From positions 1 through 44,522 of the forward strand of contig CAXBPH010000015.1 in assembly GCA_963977445.1 (NCBI GenBank): a stretch of 44,522 nt of DNA, written 5' to 3'. Of this stretch, positions 37,123-44,522 are shown piece by piece (positions within the stretch are counted from its first letter, which is position 1; the number at the start of each line of letters is the position of its first letter). The translations under genes were made by a program, and so were the position numbers. The stretch comes from an uncultured bacterium. GTDB taxonomy: Bacteria; Hydrogenedentota; Hydrogenedentia; Hydrogenedentales; JAEUWI01. The notes under the pieces were generated by a model. The model was not told the DNA's origin. It saw nothing but the letters and a program-made list of their open reading frames with translations, and did no database searches.

Positions 37123-38967
37123 ATGTGTGGTATCAACGGGGTGATCTGGCGTAACGCCCCCCCGGATGACCGCGACACCCTTATCCAGCAAATGAATGCC
37201 GCCCTGTCTCATCGGGGACCCGATGACGCCGGCACGTGGCAGAGCGCCCAGGTCGATCTGGGTCACCGACGTCTCAGTGTCATCGACACCACCGTTGCAA
37301 GCCATCAGCCCATGCAAACCGCCGATGGCGAACACGTCATGGTGTACAACGGGGAAATCTACAACTACCTCGAATTGCGCGCAACACTGGAAGGTCTGGG
37401 TTGCGTGTTTCGCACGGGGGGCGACACCGAAGTCTTGCTCCAGGGATTCGCCACGTGGGGTATGGACGTTTTCTCACGCTGCAATGGCATGTTTGCCGCC
37501 GCCATTTACACCCAGTCGACGGAGACCCTTGTGCTGGTCCGTGACCGTCTGGGCATTAAACCCCTGTTTTTCGGTAGTCACCGTGGGAACTTCGTGTTCT
37601 CCTCTGAAATAAAGCCCATGCTCCGTCATGAACTCGTGGATCAGACCCTGAATTCAGAGGCCCTCCACGCGTACCTCCAGTATCTCTATGTGCCCGCGCC
37701 CGACACGATCTACCAAGGCATACACAAGCTGCGCCCCGGTCACTGCCTCGTCTTTCGTCGTGGCGAATGGGAAGAGCGGTCCTACTGGCAGTTAAATTAC
37801 GAACCGGATACTTCCTGGACCCTGGATAGTGCGGCGGAGCAACTGGACACCCTGCTGGAGGACGCCGTGCGTCTGCGCCAACGGAGCGATGTGCCCCTCG
37901 GCGCTTTTCTCAGTGGGGGACTGGATTCCAGCGCCGTGGTCGCGACCTTGAGCCAGCAACTGACGCAACCATTGAAGACCTTCAGTATCGGTTTTGCTGA
38001 CAAAGACGCCAACGAGCTGGCCTACGCCCGACTGGTGGCGGATCGGTTTCAGACCGATCACCATGAAGCCATTCTTTCGCCCAACATGGAAGAAGTCTTG
38101 CCCAGCCTGGTCGCCCACATGGGCGAGCCCTTTGCGGATTCATCCATGCTGCCCATGTGGCTCGTGTCGAGGATGGCCCGGGAGCAGGTAACCGTGGCCC
38201 TCTCCGGCGATGGGGGCGATGAACTTTTTGCCGGATATTCCTGGACCCATATGAGCCTCCGCGCCGCCCGATATGGGCGCGTTCCACGGCCCCTGCGTGC
38301 AGTCGCGGGTGCCCTACTCGGGTTCTTGCCCCAAACGCCCCAATGGAACCGTTACCGACGTTTTCATCAGGACAGTTACCGCAGTCCCATGGACCGCTTC
38401 CAGCGACGACTTACCTGTTTCGACGAGACCCAGCGCACCGCCTTGTTGGGGACGCCAGGATCCGCCGCCGATCAGTTGTCCCACCAGTGGGAGGCTGCCC
38501 GGGCTACTTGCGATGGTGACCGCATGTTACACGTCGATACCCATTGCTATTTGCCCGACGACATCCTTACCAAAGTGGATCGCATGAGTATGGCCCATGG
38601 CCTCGAAGCCCGGGTGCCCCTGCTCGACTATCGACTGGTAGAGTTTGCCGCGACCCTGCCTTTTTCATTGAAATACTGCCGGGGACAATCCAAACGGGTT
38701 CTGAAGCAGGCCATGCGGTCTAAATTACCGCCAGAGACACTTTTACAGCGAAAACGGGGCTTCTCGCTGCCCATTCAGCAGTGGATGCGCCACGACCTGA
38801 AAGAGCTCTTTTATGATACAGTCATAGCTAGTGATGCCTTGGACGCGGTATCGATAGAATCGCGTGCCGTGGAAAAACTCTGGCAAGACCATCAGCGGGG
38901 CCGAGAGAACTATGGGCATCACTTGTGGTCTCTGCTTGTACTGGCCCTATGGTGTCAACAGCAGTAG
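37123..38967 (+). CDS. asnB: Asparagine synthase (glutamine-hydrolysing)-family amidotransferase, probably glycan-modifying
   Basis: N-terminal MCGI, HRGPD, NGEIYN, LSGGLDSS, SGDGGDELFAGY and KVDRMSM. Confidence 0.88.
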   Translation: MCGINGVIWRNAPPDDRDTLIQQMNAALSHRGPDDAGTWQSAQVDLGHRRLSVIDTTVASHQPMQTADGEHVMVYNGEIYNYLELRATLEGLGCVFRTGGDTEVLLQGFATWGMDVFSRCNGMFAAAIYTQSTETLVLVRDRLGIKPLFFGSHRGNFVFSSEIKPMLRHELVDQTLNSEALHAYLQYLYVPAPDTIYQGIHKLRPGHCLVFRRGEWEERSYWQLNYEPDTSWTLDSAAEQLDTLLEDAVRLRQRSDVPLGAFLSGGLDSSAVVATLSQQLTQPLKTFSIGFADKDANELAYARLVADRFQTDHHEAILSPNMEEVLPSLVAHMGEPFADSSMLPMWLVSRMAREQVTVALSGDGGDELFAGYSWTHMSLRAARYGRVPRPLRAVAGALLGFLPQTPQWNRYRRFHQDSYRSPMDRFQRRLTCFDETQRTALLGTPGSAADQLSHQWEAARATCDGDRMLHVDTHCYLPDDILTKVDRMSMAHGLEARVPLLDYRLVEFAATLPFSLKYCRGQSKRVLKQAMRSKLPPETLLQRKRGFSLPIQQWMRHDLKELFYDTVIASDALDAVSIESRAVEKLWQDHQRGRENYGHHLWSLLVLALWCQQQ

Positions 38968-39085
38968 CCCGGTGGGCATCGTATATGCAACGCCATCGAA
39001 TACGTGGCTATACGGGCGATACGATAATTTTCGAGACATAACGATTGGTACCGTACGCGTGAAAGCACGCAAAGAGGAGCAGGTT

Positions 39086-40534
39086 ATGAAACGTGCGATC
39101 ACCCTGATTGCCATCCTCATCACTACCCAGAACCTTATTGCAGAACCCATCGATGTATCGTCCATGCTGGGCGAAAGCTGGTATGGCGTCTACATGAACA
39201 ACCAGAAAGCGGGTTTCGCGGTCAACTCATTGGTGCAGAATGATGATGGCACCATCGTCGTGACGGAAGATTCCAAGTTTCAGATTGTCATGGCGGCGCA
39301 GAAGCAGGACATGAAGATTACGTCCCGTCGCACCTATTCACGAGATGGTGAGCTCATGACCATCGAATCCACCGTGGTCGATCCTGCCGGAACCAACACC
39401 TTCGTGGGTACGGTTCAGGGAGAATTTCTCGAGCTGACCAGTGTGGTGGGCGGTGTATCCGCCTCGGCCACCTTTCCAAAACCAAAAGAGTCCCTCCGAG
39501 ACGCTATTAAACTTGCCGAACTGGTGTTGAATGACCCCAAGGAAGGGAAGTCCCAGAGTTTTTCCGTATTTGAACCCCTCTACCGACAAGAGATGGCGGG
39601 TACGAGCACCATTGTGGGTAAGGAAGAACGGGAATTCGATGGCGTAATGACGACCGTCTATAAGGTGAGCACCACCATGCCCGATATGGGGGTAAACTCC
39701 CTTTCGTATGTGGCCGAAGATGGTACGACCCTCGAAGATCAGGTGGCGGGTGGCCTCGTAACGATGCGCCTCGAACCCGAACACCTCGCCAAGGATGTGG
39801 ACTACAGCAACGATGTCATCGTGAGCAACGCCGCCATGGTGGAAACGCCCATTTCCAATCCCCGGAAACGCAAATCGCTACGCCTCGAAATACGGGGCCC
39901 CATCGATGGAGGACACGTGTTCAACGACGAGCGCCAGGCCGTTACGGAAGCGGATGGGTTCTATCTCTTTGAAGGCAAGCGTTACAACCTGAAGAGTTTT
40001 AAGCCGGCCACCATTCCGATTGCCGATGAAGCGGTGTCTCCCTGGATTAAGGCTACCCAGTTTGTCCAAAGCGACAACCCCAAGGTAATTGCCAAGGCAA
40101 AAGAAATTATCGGCGACGAAACCGATGCCCTGGAGATTTCCCGTCTCCTGTGTGATTGGGTGCATGACAATATGCGCAGCACCTTTTCTGCCCGACTGAC
40201 CAACGCCATTGAAGTCCTGGAGCATCTGGAAGGCGATTGCACCGAGCACAGTATCCTCTTTATCGCCCTTGCCCGTGCATCTGGATTGCCCGCCCGTGAG
40301 GTGGCCGGTCTGGTCTATGTCTCTGGCTCCGCGCCCGGCTTCTATTTCCACCAATGGGCAAAGGTTTGGGTAGGCAAGTGGATCGATGTTGATCCTACCT
40401 TCGACCAGCCCCTGGCTGACGTGACCCATATCAAACTCGCCGAAGGCGACCTTTTTGAGCAGGCGAAAATAATGCCGATCATCGGCCGGTTGAAGATCAA
40501 TGAAGCGGTAGCAGAAAAAGCAGCGAACGAATAG
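39086..40534 (+). CDS. Exported transglutaminase-like domain protein
   Basis: Signal peptide; C-terminal triad GDCTEHS, FHQW and WIDVDPT. GAGGAG RBS. Confidence 0.85.
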   Translation: MKRAITLIAILITTQNLIAEPIDVSSMLGESWYGVYMNNQKAGFAVNSLVQNDDGTIVVTEDSKFQIVMAAQKQDMKITSRRTYSRDGELMTIESTVVDPAGTNTFVGTVQGEFLELTSVVGGVSASATFPKPKESLRDAIKLAELVLNDPKEGKSQSFSVFEPLYRQEMAGTSTIVGKEEREFDGVMTTVYKVSTTMPDMGVNSLSYVAEDGTTLEDQVAGGLVTMRLEPEHLAKDVDYSNDVIVSNAAMVETPISNPRKRKSLRLEIRGPIDGGHVFNDERQAVTEADGFYLFEGKRYNLKSFKPATIPIADEAVSPWIKATQFVQSDNPKVIAKAKEIIGDETDALEISRLLCDWVHDNMRSTFSARLTNAIEVLEHLEGDCTEHSILFIALARASGLPAREVAGLVYVSGSAPGFYFHQWAKVWVGKWIDVDPTFDQPLADVTHIKLAEGDLFEQAKIMPIIGRLKINEAVAEKAANE

Positions 40535-40586
40535 ACCATCGCCGTTCAGGAATCTTCCAGTGCCAACCAGGGAGCACGTGGCTACG

Positions 40587-43544
40587 ATGCCATCGAAGGA
40601 AAATACCAAGTCCCGTTCAGGCTGTCTCCGTGTGCTGCGTTGGATGGTACTGCTTTTCTTGATCTCCGTCGGGAGCCTGGCCGCCCTGTTGAGCAGCGGC
40701 ATTCCACAGCGGATTGTGTTCCGTGATGTCCTCGCGAATTTTCTTCAGGCCGACGTACACGTGGAGAGCGTTTCACTCCGTAACCCCCTTACGATCCAAT
40801 CACTGGCACTGACACAATCCGCGTCCCAGGTCTATGCGCCCTTCTTTCGGGTAGACGATCTGGCAATCGACTATCGGTGGGACCCCAACGCCCAGCGACA
40901 CCTGGAGTCGGTCACCTTGATCCGTCCCCAGTTCTCTTTCCACCGGGACAAAACATCCAATAACTTTCAGTTCATGCAGGATTTTCTTTTTGCGCCCACA
41001 GAAAGTACCTTCGATCCGGCTCCCTGGATTCCCGAGCAACTCACCCTGACAGAGCTGTGGGCCGAGGCCAGATTTCCGGGATACTATCTGCGCATCGATA
41101 ACCTCATGGCCAGCGCCCAGCTCTACGGGCTTGATGCCGGTGCGCTTGCCGTTGACACACAAAACTTAGGTATTGCCTGGAAATCGGCATTCATGCCCGG
41201 TGGTCCTCAGGCCCACCCCGGTTCCCTGGACCTGGCCCTCAATTGGCAAGGCACCGATGTATCGGCAAAAGCCCACGTCGATTTCGGGCGTTTGGCCCAA
41301 CTGGATGGGTCCATTGATGTCGTAACCCGCGAAGACGGAGCCCAGCTCAATATATCCATTCCCCAGGCCTCCCTCGATGATCCCCTGTGGTCGGCCATGC
41401 TCGTCGAACATCTTCCCACCCCCATTCGTTTCGATACCATGCGCCTTTCCAATGTGCAATTGGGGCTGCGTATCCCCGAGACGGGGCTCCAGGTGGAAGC
41501 GGCCGAATTGGATGGGGACGTAACTCGTATCAGCATCGGTCCCGAGGAGGCACCCTACTACGAAGGTCCCCTTCAGGTTTCACTCCACGGGAGTTACGGC
41601 GCGACGACGGCCGTCGAAGGAAAAATAGCCCTCGGAGAAGGTATTGCCCTTACCGGGCAACTGGCACAGGATGACGACGGCATCACGGGCACCTTCGAAC
41701 TGCCCCCCTGGCCCCGAGGTGTCATTGGCGCACTGCTGCCGCCTTCCTATCAGAGTGTCCTCGAAACCTTTCCCACCTTGAATACGCTCGGTGGAACGGG
41801 AACCGTCCGGCAGAGCCCAACGGGCTGGGAAGTGAACACGTCCCTTTTAACACGATTCGGTGATCGGGATCTGACACCCATTCCCCTCGAGCTCACGTAT
41901 TCCCCCGGCGATGCCGGTGACACCATTAATGCAACAACGGAAGTGTCCCTCAGCAACGGCACCGTTCAATCGACCATAGGCGGGCTTCTCGGTTTTACCT
42001 TCAATGTGGCCAATGTTCTCCGTGATGTTACGGTGAAAGAATGGACAGAGACCCTACTGGGGGCGGCCCTCTTACCAGACCTGCACGGTGTATTCTCGGG
42101 TGACGCGGACCTGACTATCCCCGCCGACGGGGCTCCGCTGGTGGTGAAACTCAATCTCACCAGTCAGGGGCTTGGCTACGGCAGTCTCAATTTGTCAGAA
42201 TCCGCACCGTTGACGATAAACGGCCATCTTCAATACGACCTTCCAACCGGGGGCATTCACGGTAAGTCTCTCCACCTTGCCCAGGAGGGTGCCGTCGACC
42301 TGACCGCAAAGAACTGGCACGTCGCTACCAAATCAACCTTGGTCAAAGGGGCCGTCGAATCGTCCCTTTCCCTTGATGCGCTGGCCACCCTTTTTCAATT
42401 CACCGAATTGTACGGGAATGCCCAACTTGCCGGCGTCCTCCGGATTGATGATCAGGGCGTTCAATTCACCGACTTTAACGCCACGTCGACTGATTTGATG
42501 TATGGAGATGACTATGGCGTTCCCTATGGCTCAACCCTTCAGCTACTCGGCAGTCTTGAATATGGATACGCAGCAAACCGACTCTCCTTCAGCCCGATGC
42601 AGGCCCAGCTCGATGAGGGTACCCGAATCGAAATGGGTGAGTGGGTCTTGCAGTTTCCTGGTGAAAACACAGAATTCTCTATGACGGCGGCACCTTTTGC
42701 CCTGGAAACCGATATGACCGTATTGAAGGTCCTTGGGTACATCGCAGAGGTTATCGGTGGAAAGGCCTCGATTAAGAGCGATTCGCTGGCGTTTGTAGCG
42801 GGTGGTTTTTCGGGCCATACCGCGTGGGATATTGTCGCCGAAAAGCTGGTCCTCACCGAGGATATGGCCGAGTTTGAAAATCTCGCCACAACAGGCACCT
42901 ACAATCCCGGGAACGCGGAGGATGGTGCGGGCGTGGTGGTCGCCAATAAAGTGTCCGTCTACGGCATGCCCTTTGGGGCCGTCAATACCAACGTGAAGGT
43001 CGACGACACGCGGGTGGCCGTCGAAGGGCTGGAAACAACCTTTTTGTCCGGTAGCATGCATTTGAACGCTGCCCTGAACTACCGGGACCCCACTTGGCAT
43101 ACGGTGGGCGATTTGCGCTTTGAAAATATCGACTTGGCCGAATTTACCAAAGTCTTTGAACCCCCGGATGTGATACTGACGGGGCGGGTCACCGGAACCG
43201 CCGATGTCGCCCTGTCCACCGAAGGTTTGACCGCCCTGGATGTCGATTTGGTCGCCACAGAAAGCTTGTCCATGAACCGCAGCATGGTACGGCAAATCCT
43301 CATGTCCCAGTACGTAAACGACGCGGTCGGCAGCAAATCGGTACAGAAAATTATCGAAAAAGTCATCGGAAATGACGAGCAACGACCCTTCGACAAGGCC
43401 ATCCTCGATTTAGGCCTGGAAGATGGCCACATCGTCGGGGTTGCCCGCCTCGAAAGTAAATCGCTGGATGTTACCGTCGATATTCGGGCCGAGCCGGAAG
43501 CCTTGTTACAAGCCATTCGCTCCAGCACAGGGGCGGATGAGTAA
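40587..43544 (+). CDS. Large AsmA/YdbH-like protein (N-terminal TM anchor, long beta-rich body)
   Basis: One TM helix near the N-terminus, then about 950 aa of amphipathic beta strands. It lies directly upstream of a YnbE/YdbL-like gene. The assignment rests on architecture and synteny. Confidence 0.65.
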   Translation: MPSKENTKSRSGCLRVLRWMVLLFLISVGSLAALLSSGIPQRIVFRDVLANFLQADVHVESVSLRNPLTIQSLALTQSASQVYAPFFRVDDLAIDYRWDPNAQRHLESVTLIRPQFSFHRDKTSNNFQFMQDFLFAPTESTFDPAPWIPEQLTLTELWAEARFPGYYLRIDNLMASAQLYGLDAGALAVDTQNLGIAWKSAFMPGGPQAHPGSLDLALNWQGTDVSAKAHVDFGRLAQLDGSIDVVTREDGAQLNISIPQASLDDPLWSAMLVEHLPTPIRFDTMRLSNVQLGLRIPETGLQVEAAELDGDVTRISIGPEEAPYYEGPLQVSLHGSYGATTAVEGKIALGEGIALTGQLAQDDDGITGTFELPPWPRGVIGALLPPSYQSVLETFPTLNTLGGTGTVRQSPTGWEVNTSLLTRFGDRDLTPIPLELTYSPGDAGDTINATTEVSLSNGTVQSTIGGLLGFTFNVANVLRDVTVKEWTETLLGAALLPDLHGVFSGDADLTIPADGAPLVVKLNLTSQGLGYGSLNLSESAPLTINGHLQYDLPTGGIHGKSLHLAQEGAVDLTAKNWHVATKSTLVKGAVESSLSLDALATLFQFTELYGNAQLAGVLRIDDQGVQFTDFNATSTDLMYGDDYGVPYGSTLQLLGSLEYGYAANRLSFSPMQAQLDEGTRIEMGEWVLQFPGENTEFSMTAAPFALETDMTVLKVLGYIAEVIGGKASIKSDSLAFVAGGFSGHTAWDIVAEKLVLTEDMAEFENLATTGTYNPGNAEDGAGVVVANKVSVYGMPFGAVNTNVKVDDTRVAVEGLETTFLSGSMHLNAALNYRDPTWHTVGDLRFENIDLAEFTKVFEPPDVILTGRVTGTADVALSTEGLTALDVDLVATESLSMNRSMVRQILMSQYVNDAVGSKSVQKIIEKVIGNDEQRPFDKAILDLGLEDGHIVGVARLESKSLDVTVDIRAEPEALLQAIRSSTGADE

Positions 43545-43627
43545 TACTCGCAATTTTCGGAAGCTCCGTTATAAAATGAATAGAGTCGCACCTTGTGCGT
43601 CTGGTATGGAAACAGGAAGGATCCAAC

Positions 43628-44305
43628 ATGAAAAAACGAATGATAGGGCTCAATGCCCTGATAATCGCCCTATTGGTTGGTTGCGTTATACGAACCGAAC
43701 ATAAAATCGACGCCCATATCACCCTCGACATACGACACGTCCAGGAGCAGGCCGAGGATGTGCTGGATTTCATCGAAGGCAAGACCGACGCCCTGCCGGG
43801 TTTTGAGGAAGACAAACCGACTTCCTGGCTTCAGCGTAGCTTGCAAGCATTGGATCCCTTCACGGTCGTCCATGCCGCAGAGATGAAGACCGATTCACCC
43901 AAAGTGAAGCAGATTGCCACGGAATTGCGGAAGAATAATGCCGCCGTCTCCAAGCTGGTATCTTCGGGTTGTTTTGGAGAGACCAATCGCGGCTACGTCG
44001 AGCTTCAGGAATGTGACGACCTGAAAGACGCCGATGCAAAGAATGAAGCCCAACAGCTCCTGGCCAGCGAAAATGCTGCCCGCAAGGCGCTCTACAGCGA
44101 AATCGCCCGCCTCAACAAAGATGACGGACTCAGCGTGACTGCCGTGGAGCAGGTCTATGCCGCACAGCGCATCAAACGGGGTGCCCCCGGTGAGCGCTAC
44201 CAACTGCCCAGTGCCGGCGAAATATTCAACGAGATCAAAGCCTCTGACCTGGGCAAAAAGCTCGGTGCCGCCTGTACCCCCGGTGCCTGGGTAACCATCC
44301 CATAA
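43628..44305 (+). CDS. Lipoprotein with YnbE-like N-terminus fused to a DUF1318/YdbL domain
   Basis: Lipobox LVG^C, then VIRTEHKIDAHITLDIR. C-terminal part has GCFGETNRGY, ENAARKALYSEIA and APGERYQ. Confidence 0.75.
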   Translation: MKKRMIGLNALIIALLVGCVIRTEHKIDAHITLDIRHVQEQAEDVLDFIEGKTDALPGFEEDKPTSWLQRSLQALDPFTVVHAAEMKTDSPKVKQIATELRKNNAAVSKLVSSGCFGETNRGYVELQECDDLKDADAKNEAQQLLASENAARKALYSEIARLNKDDGLSVTAVEQVYAAQRIKRGAPGERYQLPSAGEIFNEIKASDLGKKLGAACTPGAWVTIP

Positions 44306-44329
44306 GTTAGCGCCGAAAATTAGACCATC

Positions 44330-44365
44330 AAAAATGCCCGCGTCCCCCAAGGACGCGGGCATTTT
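44330..44365 (+). terminator. Intrinsic terminator, possibly bidirectional
   Basis: AAAATGCCCGCGTCC-cccaa-GGACGCGGGCATTTT. Confidence 0.82.
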
Positions 44366-44481
44366 AATTGGTTCATGGGCGATTAGTGGGGATGATTTTT
44401 TTGATGCTTCAAATGCCGGAGGTAAGCGGATGACTCGATGGGTTCTGGCGAATCATGTAGTCACTCAATTTTTTGCAGATA

Positions 44482-44522
44482 AGACGACAAACCATGGACG
44501 TGCCGCGCGATCTGGTACTCCT
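44482..44522 (+). repeat. REP-like family A copy 4, truncated by the window end; direct repeat of 1-40
   Basis: 38/40 identity with positions 1-40. Confidence 0.8.

Overview
Bacterial chromosomal window of about 58-60% GC (estimated by eye). The likely source is a diderm such as Ca. Hydrogenedentota or a PVC-like lineage; this is inferred only from the style of the DUF1559 pilin-like protein. No rRNA, tRNA, CRISPR array, integrase or transposase is visible. From left to right it holds: exported FGE/SUMF1-sialidase and MBL-fold hydrolases; an NreA/NcrB-type metal repressor plus a HupE/UreJ transporter with a long His-rich tail; an exported ADP-ribosylglycohydrolase-family protein; a DUF1559 pilin-like gene divergent from a LacI regulator; ilvB; rpsA; and an ankyrin gene. 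Next is a minus-strand run (HPD-less J-like protein, unknown helical protein, PHP, lepB, lpxH-like) head-to-head with clpS-clpA-Nudix. Then come ThuA-like, Gfo/Idh/MocA and AraC-GyrI genes, a frameshifted orphan antitoxin, a class III aminotransferase, an SGNH protein and yefM-yoeB. The right end has a surface-glycan cluster with a frameshifted methyltransferase, a transglutaminase-like protein, and a YdbH-like protein followed by a YnbE-YdbL-like fusion lipoprotein. Intergenic gaps carry several REP-like palindrome families; one has a conserved stem with a variable loop and sits at both ends of the window. Best candidates for undescribed systems are the J-like operon facing clpSA, the YnbE-YdbL fusion bridge, the repressor-HupE metal module, the LacI-controlled pilin-like gene and the variable-loop REP family. 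All family assignments come from motif recognition; no database search was run.
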